From assembly GCF_001194135.2 (NCBI RefSeq), contig NC_068991.1, positions 24,597,743 through 24,661,742 of the forward strand: a DNA stretch of 64,000 nt, in the 5' to 3' direction. Below the pieces are notes generated by a model. It saw only the letters and a program-made list of their open reading frames with translations, was not told where the DNA came from and made no database searches. Position numbers and translations under genes: made by a program. Origin of the DNA: Octopus bimaculoides (Eukaryota). Of this stretch, positions 1 through 11,915 are shown piece by piece (position 1 is the first letter of the stretch; every line of letters begins with the position of its first letter).

Positions 1-318
1 TAAAATTATGAAAAAGGTTTTATAACATTTTCACAGAAATTTAAGATACGTGTTGAAAATTTTTATCAAGATATCAGATTGTATTACAGTTATATCGCAT
101 GTATATATCTTGAAAGAGTTAGTATTTACTGTAAATATATCCCATGTAAAGAAACACTGTTTCCTTTTCCTTTGTTTCTTTTGTTCTTAGTCTCTGTCAC
201 TTCCTCTCTTTGATTTTGATCACACACACACACACACACATACATACACAAAAAAAGAATCAAACTGCTGACATTTTCGTATGTAACCATCTTGATTTGT
301 GAAAATATCTTGGACATA

Positions 319-505
319 CTCTTTACTTGTTTCAGTCATTTGACTGTGGCCATGCTGGAGCACCGCCTTTAGTCGAGCAAATTGACCCCAGGACTTATTC
401 TTTGTAAGCCTAGTACTTATTCTATCGGTCTCTTTTTGCCAAACCGCTAGGTCACGGGGATGTAAACACACCAGCATCGGTTGTCAAGCAATGCTAGGGG
501 GACAA

Positions 506-538
<33 letters not shown>

Positions 539-711
539 CATATATATACGATGGGCTTCTTTCAGTTTCTGTCTACCAAATCCACTCACAAGGCTTTGGT
601 TGGCCCAAGGCTATAGTAGAAAACACTTGCCCAAGGTGCCACGCAGTGGGACTGAACCCGGAACCATGTGGTTGGTAAGCAAGCTACTTACGACACAGAC
701 ACTCCTGCGCC
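319..711 (-). mobile_element. tRNA-derived SINE, family 1 (about 390 bp, central CA/TA microsatellite), near full length
   Basis: Minus-strand head has A-box-like (gagtgtctgtgtcg) and B-box-like (ggttcagtccc) motifs. The same sequence recurs near 4970, 19340, 20060, 25490, 31975, 34277, 42575, 48770, 53660 and 59085. Confidence 0.8.
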
Positions 712-885
712 TAAGGATAAAAACAGAAAATCTTGTTAAAATCCTTACTTACTGAACAAGCTGATAAGGCAAAACTTGAAGTCACATTAACTCAAAATAA
801 TTAATGTGTGTGTATGTGTATATATACACCCTTAAAAAGAAATGTAATACAATCTGATATCTCAATAAATATTTCCAACTTTCAA

Positions 886-1728
886 CATCATCATCATCAT
901 CATCGTTTAACGTCCGTTTTCCATGCTAGCATGGGTTGGACGATTTGACTGAGGACTGGTGAAACCGGATGGCAACACCAGGCTCCAATCTAATTTGGCA
1001 GAGTTTCCACAGTTGGATGCTCTTCCTAACGCCAACCACTCAGAGAGTGTAGTGGGTGCTTTTACGTGTCACCCGCACGAAAACGGCCATGCTCGAAATG
1101 GTGTCTTTTATGTGCCACCCGCACAAGAGCCAGTCCAGGGGCACTGGCAACAATCTTGCTCGAAAACCCTACAAGGCCAGTCAGGCGGTACTGGCNNNNN
1201 NNNNNNNNNNNNNNNNNNNNNNNNNNNNNNNNNNNNNNNNNNNNNNNNNNNNNNNNNNNNNNNNNNNNNNNNNNNNNNNNNNNNNNNNNNNNNNNNNNNN
1301 NNNNNNNNNNNNNNNNNNNNNNNNNNNNNNNNNNNNNNNNNNNNNNNNNNNNNNNNNNNNNNNNNNNNNNNNNNNNNNNNNNNNNNNNNNNNNNNNNNNN
1401 NNNNNNNNNNNNNNNNNNNNNNNNNNNNNNNNNNNNNNNNNNNNNNNNNNNNNNNNNNNNNNNNNNNNNNNNNNNNNNNNNNNNNNNNNNNNNNNNNNNN
1501 NNNNNNNNNNNNNNNNNNNNNNNNNNNNNNNNNNNNNNNNNNNNNNNNNNNNNNNNATTACACATCCAGCGGAGCATACTGGCTTCATTCCTTGCGAGCT
1601 TATGCATGTCCTCAGCAGTCACAGCCCATGTTTCACTGCCATGTAGCATGGCTGTTCGTACACATGCGTCATACAGTCTGCCTTTTACTCTGAGTGAGAG
1701 TCCCTTTGTTGCCAGCAGAGGTGGGAAC
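886..1728 (-). mobile_element. 5'-truncated RTE-clade LINE (ORF2 C-terminus, 3' UTR, (TGA)n tail); contains gap 1196-1556
   Basis: 1557-1728 translates LATKGLSLRVKGRLYDACVRTAMLHGSETWAVTAEDMHKLARNEASMLRWMCN, typical of the RTE post-RT region. 3' UTR has an aggaagggcatccagc-like motif and an (ATG)n tail at 886-905. Confidence 0.85.
1196..1556. other. Assembly gap (other gaps: 6191-6539, 22205-22562, 32038-32225, 45067-45202, 48010-48229, 50471-50676, 58128-58347)
   Basis: Runs of N. The long X-containing ORFs in the track are artefacts of these gaps. Confidence 0.99.
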
Positions 1729-2021
1729 ATAAACACAGCAACATCGATTGTCAAGCAATGGTGGGGGTACAAACACACCTCAAACCTTGCTCTATATATA
1801 CATACATATGCACATCTATACACATGTGTATGTACGTATATGTGTATATATATACATATATATATCTTACTTGTTTCAGCTGCCTGAATGTGGCCATGCT
1901 GGAGTATTGCCTTTTAGTTGAAGAAATCAACCACTGGACTTACTCTTTGCAAGCTTGGTGCTCATTCTACCAATATCTTCTGCCGAATCGCTAAGTTATG
2001 GGGGAGAGGAGAGAGAAAACA

Positions 2022-2060
<39 letters not shown>

Positions 2061-2627
2061 ACAGACTTCTGCATACATCTTAAATCTTAGTGAAAATGTT
2101 ATAATGACCTATTTCATAACTATTTTATACTTTTGCCTTCCTTTTCTTGCTTTTAGTTTTACATTTAGTTTTGGAAGATTTAACATATTTTTGAATTTTA
2201 AATCCATCATTGTTTTTCTATTGTATTGTAACATGTTTCCATAGGAAAAGTAATCTAGTTCAGAATAGTTGCTTCATACAGCTTCACACCATTCTTAGTG
2301 CAAACAAATCAACTGAGAATTAACAATAAAGGTGGTATTGGAGCACCGCCTTTATTGTTTACATGCTTTTTGGATTTTGACATATGTTGTTATTTTTCTG
2401 CAGTTTTGACTGAAACAAGTAAAAGAATAAATGGTACATTTATAAATGCATAATTACTTCAACCAGGAGTAATAATGATGGGTGTTTCATTCTCTGGCTT
2501 TTTTGTGTAATATTTTCTTAAGTCTCAATCAGCATTAGAATACATTATTATGATCTAATAAGTGAGCTTCTAGATGATCATCCAAATTATAAGGGTTGAT
2601 ATCAAAATGAGAATCTCCCATAAAATG

Positions 2628-4593
2628 TGTTGTATAATGAAACTGTATACCCCTCCCGGTAAAAAGTGGTAGGAATCAACCATTATAAAAAGACCAGTAG
2701 CTGGTCGTCAAGAGAGGGTTGAGAGTTGATCGTTTTAGTCAGTGTCTTGTGGAGCTATCAGCAATAGTATGACAGAAGAAGTTAGTGTATTACTATTCTA
2801 GTACAAAGAAATACAATGGCATCTGATGACTAGTGACTGTTGTGGCTACTAGTGTAAAACAGCAATTACAGTACATCAGCAGTCACATATTACACCAGTG
2901 GGAGGAACCCACTTCACAACAGTGACGATGATGAAAAACAAATTGATGCAGACTGAAAAAAAAAAGACATTCACACAGAGAGTTTAAACTAATTCACATG
3001 GAAAATTAAATAACTCGACAAAAAGAAACAAAAATCTTGTGCAAACTTACGAAAATCATAAAATATGAAAGACTTGTTAGCTGGGGTAGTTGAGTTGCAA
3101 AAATAGCAACAACTCAAGGAACAATGAGAACAACAAGAATTGCAGCAGCAAATGTTACAACTAATGAAGTTGATGACCAAACTGGATATTATATTTTCGT
3201 CTGACCATGTAGCAAATTTCATAAGCAAATTCAAATATGACACCAAAGGAGTAACATTCGAGGCTTACTTTCAAAGATTTGAACAAATTTTTGAAAACAT
3301 GTCTAGTTTTAAGAAAACTAGCAACAGTAGAGCATGAGAAGCACAGTAACTTCATACTGCCAAAAAAAGCATCCAACATAAATTTCACCAACACAGTTGA
3401 CGTTTTGTGCAAAATGTTTAGTGAAGTGAGCTCACTGTTTAATACTAGATGGAAATGTTTAAACATAGAAAAGATCAAAGATGAAGACTTCACTACTTAC
3501 ACAGGCAGCATCAGTAAAGAATGTGAGAGATTAAGGATGAATATGCTTACTCCAGATTCTTTCAAGTGTTTGCACAAGGATTGACAGATAAAAGAGATGC
3601 AGAAATCTGAACAAAAAGTCTAGCAAAACTGGAAACGGACCAGGATTTGACACAGACATGGAAGAAATTCAACAGAAAGAGTGTTTTCACATAAGACCAG
3701 GGCAAAAAAGTTGGAAGACAAATAAAGTGTTGCAGGAAAAACAGAAAAAGTATTGGGATGTAAATCCATCTATGACATGTGGTGGGATGCACCTGAAAAA
3801 AAGATTGTCCATATAAAAAAGCAAAGTGTTTTCACTGCGTGTTTAAGGACATGTAAAATTGCTCTGCAAAACTAGAATGATAGGAAAATAGAACAAACAT
3901 GAAAAAATAAATAGTTTGTCAGCAGGAAAAATTGTGACTACAACCAACAGAAAATTTGTGAATGTGAGAATTGAAACCTCAGAATGCAATTAGATATGGG
4001 AAGTGACACACACAATCATAAATGAGAAAATATGGGAACAAATGGGTAAACCAAAATTATGTAGTCCAAACAAAATAGCGTATGGTGTTATGGGAAGAAA
4101 ATTATATTTCGCAGGTGAACACGTTTGTAATATAATGTTCAATGGTCAAACCAAAAAAGTGAATGTTTATGTGTTGAAAAAAATCCATGAATTTATTTGG
4201 CATTAAATATATGGAGAGATTCAATTTATAGGATACACCCATAAGCGTTTTGTGCAATAACGTAAACAGAGCAGTCAAACGATTGAACAAGGTCAATGAA
4301 CTGAGACAAAAAATGAAAGAAACTTTCCCAAAAGTCTTTTCGGAAGGTTTAGACTGTTGCACAAAAACAAAAGCAAGGACTGCCATCAAAGAAAATTCAA
4401 CACCTACTTTCAGGCCCAAACGGAACGTGCCATTTGTGACGGTAAACCAGGTCAATAAAGAACTAGAAAGGTTGGAAAGCCTGAATATAATTGAAAAGAT
4501 TGACCATGCAGACTGGGCAGCACTAGTGGTCTATGTAAAAAACAAAATAAGCTAAGAATGTGCACAGACTTCTCAATATGTGCACAGACTTCT
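2628..4593 (+). mobile_element. Degenerate Ty3/gypsy LTR retrotransposon, 5' half (putative LTR, gag, zinc knuckle, protease, start of RT)
   Basis: Gag-like FEAYFQRFEQIF (about 3257). Frameshifted CGGxH..DCPY..AKCFHC..GH knuckles (3778-3855). Protease QLDMGSD-TIINEKIW (about 3990). RT N-terminus FRPKRNVPF...ELERLESLNII...W-A-VV-V-K...LRMCTDF (4409-4575). Putative LTR bounded by TGTTGT (2628) and ACAACA (2921). Confidence 0.8.
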
Positions 4594-4662
4594 GTGGTCC
4601 TACCCAATATTAAAATGAATTTGCTTGAAATTTTAAGGTGTTTCCATTATTCTGTCCAACCC

Positions 4663-4665
<3 letters not shown>
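4594..4665 (+). mobile_element. Isolated right end (last 72 bp including TIR) of the Tc1 family also present at 56500-57493
   Basis: Aligns ungapped to 57422-57493 with 7 mismatches by eye. Ends ...gtccaacccctg followed by (TA)n. Confidence 0.9.
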
Positions 4666-4707
<42 letters not shown>

Positions 4708-5188
4708 AGATAAATAGGTAGATAGATACACATAAATTATGTATTTTACACACACACACACATACAGCTGATAGAAATTAAATGCCTCACAACTCAAGTT
4801 TCATACCACCACCACAAACTTAAGCTGAGATTACAGTGAGACACAAAACTTGAGCTACAAGGTAACTATTCAATTTCAATTAATTCTAAAGTTTACAACA
4901 TACAACGAGCACTTCTCTCCCAATTGTCCATCAAAATTCCACATTTGTACATACACAACGCTTGCACACACATATGACTGGCTTCTTTTAGTATTTGTTT
5001 ACCAAATCTACTCACAAGGCCTTGATCAGCCCAGGGCTATAGTAGAAGTATTGGTGCATGATGACATGCAGAAGGACCAGACCCAAAACCACGTGATCAA
5101 GAAGCAAACTTCTTAAACGCACACTGTGTCTTTTGCTACATGCCTCTGTGTGTATCTGTTTGTCTGCATATATATGTATGTATATGTG

Positions 5189-5225
<37 letters not shown>

Positions 5226-5949
5226 GTGGGCACTAGAAATAGTACACAGTTAAAATATACATCAATAATGCAAATACATCATTGAAAGGCAATTTACTGC
5301 AGTATTCATCCAGAGATAACAACTCTGTGTTTGAAAATACAATATATATTTCAGATGGAGATGAAAATTGCAGCAGCAGTGGTTAATGAGAAAGCTAGAT
5401 GCATTTCTGTCTAGTTGGGCCTCACCAAAGCCATGTATTCACAACCAACCATATGCCTGGGAGAAACAAGAAGAGAATTTTCATCTCTAATATATAGGAA
5501 ACAGTGAATAAAACAATCACTGATATTACAAAAAGCCACCTAGCAGAGTAAAAATCTGTTATATGCAATAGAAGTAGTATCTAATTGAAATAGCCATGTA
5601 TGTATCATACTTAATGTGTATACATCATTTGAAGGCAATTTACTGTGGCATTCATTCAGAGATAACATCTGTAATGGATGAGAGGTACTCAAAATCCCTT
5701 CCAACAGTGACTAACAAGAATGCCAGATATATTTTGATCCAGCTGGGTCTTATGAATGGCATGTACTCACAGCCAGCCACATACCTAGATTAGATTTGTC
5801 ACATCCGATATAGAGGAAATAGCAATTATCTCTGGATGAATATTGCATATATATCAATGATGTATTTACTAAATACGATTACTTATGATATATAGATGAC
5901 TACACACACACATATAGATGCATCTCTTTCTCTCTTTATACGCATGTGT

Positions 5950-5990
<41 letters not shown>

Positions 5991-6190
5991 CTTTATTTAA
6001 AAGCAGCAGAAATATAACAAAAAAACCGTTACTCTGATTTTCATGTTCCCGTTCATCTGATGAACGGGAACGTGAAACTCAGAGTAACGTTTTTTTTGTT
6101 ATATTTCTGCTGCTTTTAAATAAAGCATATTACTCTACCTCTGGTATTTGAGTACTCTTTTTTCCACCTTGTTGCACATTTCATGTGCTT
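5991..6190 (+). mobile_element. Penelope-like terminal-repeat fragment with 135-bp palindrome and minimal hammerhead ribozyme core (6057-6086)
   Basis: Near-perfect palindrome 5991-6125 centred on 6058. CTGATGA-ACG(GGAA)CGT-GAAA-CTCAGAG-TA. A homologous palindrome abuts a Penelope RT at 49095. Confidence 0.7.
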
Positions 6191-6539
6191 NNNNNNNNNN
6201 NNNNNNNNNNNNNNNNNNNNNNNNNNNNNNNNNNNNNNNNNNNNNNNNNNNNNNNNNNNNNNNNNNNNNNNNNNNNNNNNNNNNNNNNNNNNNNNNNNNN
6301 NNNNNNNNNNNNNNNNNNNNNNNNNNNNNNNNNNNNNNNNNNNNNNNNNNNNNNNNNNNNNNNNNNNNNNNNNNNNNNNNNNNNNNNNNNNNNNNNNNNN
6401 NNNNNNNNNNNNNNNNNNNNNNNNNNNNNNNNNNNNNNNNNNNNNNNNNNNNNNNNNNNNNNNNNNNNNNNNNNNNNNNNNNNNNNNNNNNNNNNNNNNN
6501 NNNNNNNNNNNNNNNNNNNNNNNNNNNNNNNNNNNNNNN

Positions 6540-6584
<45 letters not shown>

Positions 6585-7462
6585 TATGTATGCCTGTCTA
6601 TACACACATAAATACACACATGCACATATATATTATATAAACTCACACAAATGCATATGCAGTTAGTAAGAACAAAGAGTTTTAAAAGAGAAAATGACCC
6701 AAATAGAACAGAAGAACAGAGATAGTATATATCCCCAAGGAGCCTATGTAATGCAGTAACTTGCAACTCTTCAAAAGAAGCTATTCAGAACCTGGCTTTC
6801 TAAGATAGTACCTAAATGTAATGACTTTGTTGCAGTTCTCTTTTCTTTCCTTTCTTTTCTTGCTTTCTTTTTTCTTTTTTTTACTTAAACTGTTTTAAAG
6901 AATTCAAGCCCTAATGATTCATATGTTCTATTCTGGGTAGCTCACACCTAACAATCTAAAACTATATTTGGTCAACTGTAAGAGAAAAAGATTTCCATGC
7001 CTGCAGAATTAACCAAAATATTTTCAAAGCTGGTAGAAGACTACAAAGTTAAAGCAGAAAGAAAAGAAGGGGGAAAACATAAAACACAAAACATTAAAAA
7101 AATAATAATAAATAAAACAAATCTCAGAAAACAAACAAAAATACTTTAAAATATGAAGTTATTTTGAACTAGTATCAAAGGAAATTCTCAGCTAAAAAGT
7201 AAATAATGGTCCTGGAATTTTAATTAGTAGTATTATTTTGAGGTATTTTCTTTTGATTAAAAAAGTGTTGAAGATAAAAACATAAGAATAAACCCTGTAG
7301 GAAAAATAATGCATGCGCACACACAAGTTAAAGCTGTAAATTATTTGAAAGAAAGATTGAAAAAATCCACAAAGGAATCCATAGAAATATATGATAATGT
7401 ATTTTGTTGAAGTTTTACTTGGAAAGATATATATATATATATATATAACCTGGTGTAGTACT

Positions 7463-7522
<60 letters not shown>

Positions 7523-8264
7523 GAAGCATTAGTTGAGTACAGAGTGGTAATATGAAAATGAGAAGACAAAGGAATAAACGATTATCTTATGAACTTCATT
7601 AGCTTACAATAGTTTCTGTGATATGATGCAGTGGACTCATAGTTCAGTGCCTGAGTAACATTTTATAGTTTTGTGCATAAATGTGATTTTTTTCCCAAAT
7701 AAATTGCACTTCATATTCAAGGCTCCAATGAAACTATAAGGTGTTCTCATTTTGAACTGTTTCCATCATAAACTAACATTATGGACACAGACATAGCTAT
7801 GTGATTGAGAAGTTCATTTTGTAACCATGTGGTTTGGATCTCACGGCATGGGCAATTGTTTCTAACATAGCCACAGATCTGAGATTTGTGAGTGAAAGTG
7901 AGTACATAGAAATTGTAATTCATTTTGGGGTGCATAGATACATACTGCATAAGTTATGGTTTCATTCTCCCTTTCTTACCTCTAACCATAGAGGCCTAGA
8001 AAAGTAGTTATGGATGTTGTTCTTCCTCTGATCAAACTATAGTACAGAACATGCATGGACAACCTTTTATGAGAAGTGGGTCACATGAGACATAGCTTAT
8101 CATCAGGTGGGCTGAACAATTGAAAAAATTTGAAGTAACTTTTCATTTGACACACCAATCTGAAAGACCTGCAGGCTGCAAGTTGCCCACAACTGGTAAA
8201 GAAATTAAATAAACATGGTACCTGAATAGAAGAATGAAGACTGAAAACAAAACAAAATACTCAC

Positions 8265-8499
8265 TTCAGCTGAACCTTGAAATGATTCCGTTGCTTTATT
8301 GATGGGAAAGTCAGATAAGATCCTTTGAAGAAGCGGCGAGTAGTCAATTCACAGAATTTGTTATGATAATCCATACCAGAGCATCCTTTACAATAGAAGC
8401 CACCAACTTCAAGAGGTTCACATACAGAAGGGGGTTTACATATATTCTTTGGACAATTCTTTCCAAAATTTTGAAACAGATCCATTTCACAATTTTTGC
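8265..8499 (-). CDS. CELSR: Flamingo/CELSR internal exon: EGF-like domain 3 and start of laminin-G domain 1
   Basis: (G)KNCEM...CPKNICKPPSVC...GGFYCKGC...FCELTTRRFFKGSYLTFPSIKQRNHFKVQL(K). Acceptor ttccag at 8501-8500, donor AA/GTGAGT at 8264-8263. 235 bp, phase 1 to 2. Confidence 0.95.
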
Positions 8500-8768
8500 C
8501 TGGAATAATAATTATAACAAAGCATAAGACCAGAGTGTAAGAATATACACATAGCAATGTAAATTATTCCTATAATAAAAATATTTATAGATGTGTGTGT
8601 GTGTGTGTGTGTGTGCACGCACACACAAGCATAAATGCTTGTGTCTATTACAGGCATGTTATATTTGTATGTCTATATGTATGTATGTGTGTCGATGGAT
8701 GGATGGATAGATAGAAAGATGTAGATATAGATATAATGCATGGACAATGAACAAAAAAAATGTATATA

Positions 8769-8799
<31 letters not shown>

Positions 8800-10002
8800 A
8801 ACTCTGCATGTGTGTGTGTGTGTGTGAGGACAGCTGTGTGAAGAAGTGTCACATTCTAATGGTGCTGGGAACCTGTGGAAGAGGTAGACCCAGGAGGCCT
8901 CATGGAAGTAATGACAAGCAACTGAGACGTTTAGTGATATGCTGTGCTTGAGAAGACCTGTCAAACCAAGTGAGATTGTAGTTATGACCGATGCCAGTAT
9001 TGCATAACTGGCCCATTAAAAGCACCTTTGAAACTATTCACAGAGGCTATCTTAGTACCAAACAGTTTATAGAAGAAAAAAAATGGAGAAAGCAAAACAA
9101 AACAGACTGATGAAGAGAGTATAAAAATTATACCTTAATAATTTCTATAGATGATTTGATATACTGAAGTAATTTCATTTATTAATATATTCTGTAAAGG
9201 AATTATAGGGCTTTTATTTTTTACCAAGTGATAACATTTATTCAATAAATCAACTATGATCAGGTAGGATTAAATAAAACAGACAAGGTAGATTTTTCTT
9301 CTTGTATATTTATAAACCTTTTAATGCCAAACAAATTTATATTGCTTGTACTAAAGTATTAGTTTTAAGTTAAAATCTCATGATAACATGAATGGTACAT
9401 AATATGGGATTTCAGTTGGGTAACATCAGTGTAACATATAGTAATATACAAAGTTACAGATATTTTACTACACACCTCTAAAATCTTGGTTATAATCAAA
9501 AATTAATGAAACACTCAGTCAGTCTACTTATTAGAGATATAGTCAGAAAAGGATTATGTCATGTACAATCTACAGTGTATATAGCAACAAATTAGAATAA
9601 GTTTGCTTTGGGTTTTGCTCACAGTTGCTAGTTTAGATTGTCACAATTCTAGTAGCTAACTTGACATGACATCTCACCATCACCACTACCACTACCATCA
9701 ACACCACTAGTTTCTTGATCCACCTGTCTTTTAAAGGAAATGTCTGGCTGGTTTTACTTCTCAATCAAATACAACTACAGCCTATTGTTTACATTTGATT
9801 CCAATGGTACAGACATGTCTGAGAATGTCAACTTTTATGGTAATCTATGATATACACTTTCAGCTAAGGAACTAAATGTAAGAGTAAGGTATAGGGTTGT
9901 ATGCCAGAGCAAGAGAGTAAGAGTTTTGTGTGTGTGTATAACACCTTCTCTATCTCTCTTTCCCTCTCTCTCTCTCTCTTTCCTTCTCTATCTCTCTCTC
10001 TT

Positions 10003-10086
<84 letters not shown>

Positions 10087-10236
10087 TATATAAATACAAA
10101 ATACAAATACTATTCTTCTCATACACACATACATATTTTATATTTACATTAGATCCTAAGGTAAAATTTCTATTGACTCACACCGAGATGTACATGAAAT
10201 TTATTGATATAACATCTTTGTTTTCAATAGTTTATT

Positions 10237-10862
10237 CATCATCATCATCATCATCATCATCATTTAAGGTCCGCATTCCATGCTGGCATGGGTTGGACGG
10301 TTTGACTGATGGCTGATGCCAGATGGCTGCACCAGGCTCCAATCTGATCTGGCAGAGTTTCTATAGCTGGATGCCCTTCCTAATGCCAACCACTCTGGGA
10401 GTGTAGTGGGTGCTTTTACGTGCTACCGGCACGAGGGCCAGTTGGGTGGTACTGGCAACGGCCATGCTCAAAAGGTGTTTCTATGTGTCACCTGCACAGG
10501 AACCAGTCCAGCGGCACTAGCAACATCCTCACTTGAATGTTGTTTTCCACGTACCACCGGCACAAGTGCCAGTAAGGCGACGCTGGTAATGATCACGTTC
10601 AAACGGTGCTTTTTACGTGCCACCAGCACAGGGGCCAGTCAGCGGCCCTGTCAACGATCACGCTCGGATGGTGCTCTTAGTGCTCCACTAGCATGGATAC
10701 CAGTCATGCGGTGCTGTCATTGAATTTGATTTCGATTTCACTTGCCTCAACAGGTCTTCACAAGCAGAGTTTAGTGTCCGATGAAAGAAAGGTATGCCTA
10801 AGTGGGCTGGTTACACCACTGGCATAGGCCACAAGTTATGGTCTCACTTAGCTTGCCGGGTC

Positions 10863-10863
<1 letters not shown>
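10237..10863 (-). mobile_element. RTE LINE 3' UTR remnant
   Basis: Same (CAT)n tail and ctggatgcccttcctaa core as 886-1195. Further copies at about 14420-14672(+), 22037-22204(+), 39095-39300(+), 45027-45384(+). Confidence 0.8.
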
Positions 10864-10918
<55 letters not shown>

Positions 10919-11692
10919 CATCATTATTATTCCTCATCATTAAGCTACAACTTCATCTATTCCATAAGCAACTACAGTTTCACTCCAGTCACACCACAGT
11001 ACCATATATCAGTATACTCTTAAACCATTCTTTCAGCTTTAAATCACAGTTAATCTTGGTTTTTACTTTCTCTGATAATTTAGATCATTGTGCTAAATCC
11101 CACTTTACACACATAAACATACATATACACAAACACACTCTCTCTCTCTCCCTCTCATTCTCTTTCTCTCCACATACAGACATATACTTACCTATATAAA
11201 TTAAGTGCATATTGCACAATCATTTAAATGAGAAATTACCATCTTTAAAGTAAAACACATGAATTAGAGAAAAATGATGGTTTGTTGGCAAAAATAAGTT
11301 CAACAACACTCACAAATTGGAAATTTTTTTTTTTTTTTTTTTTTCTGTGAGAATAGAATTCCATTAGAATTCTCTATCTATTGCACAAGAACATATTGCA
11401 TTAAAATGATAAATCTATTAACTTCAACTATCAGTTAAAATTGTAAATGATTTTATCTTCTAGTTTTATACCATATAACACAATTGTGAAGTTAACAGCT
11501 TTTGACAAACTTACTCTCCCCCCCATTTTTACACTCTCCCCATGGGGGGAAACTCAGCGATAAAAATCCTTAGTTATATAGAGGGGGGCAAAAGAGAGAG
11601 AGTGGGAAGAGTGAGAGGAGAGTGAGAGAGATGAGAGAGGGAGGGAATGAGATAGAGATAGATATACATATATATAAACATATACACACATA

Positions 11693-11876
11693 CAGTGTAT
11701 CCCCCCTGCTTATTTGCAGTTTGGCATTCATGGTCCCAGTTATTTGCAGGACGAATATTTGTTTGCGGAAACCACCACATATTCGTAGAATCATAAATAT
11801 TGTCCGCAATTTTTTATGACTTCTTTCATGACAATCCCTCTCCCTCTCTTATTATTATTATTGTTATCATCATCAC

Positions 11877-11915
<39 letters not shown>

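Noticed and set aside
959-1887. Long ORFs (130-300 aa) here and around 6116-6766, 21788-22734, 31880-32329, 44947-45359, 47972-48328, 50434-50732 and 58114-58368
   Set aside because: They are open only because they run through N gaps and microsatellites. The only real coding remnant is the RTE piece at 1557-1728.
2670-2705. Minus-strand ...FYNG resembling the laminin-G LLYNG motif expected in the next exon
   Set aside because: Immediately followed by a stop, no splice sites, and lies inside the putative gypsy LTR.
8217-8264. Pyrimidine tract and TTCAG/GTACC 43 nt downstream of the last exon's donor (possible mini-intron or recursive site)
   Set aside because: The downstream frame has no laminin-G similarity and soon stops. 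A 43-nt intron is implausibly short, and the 5' site GTACCA is weak.
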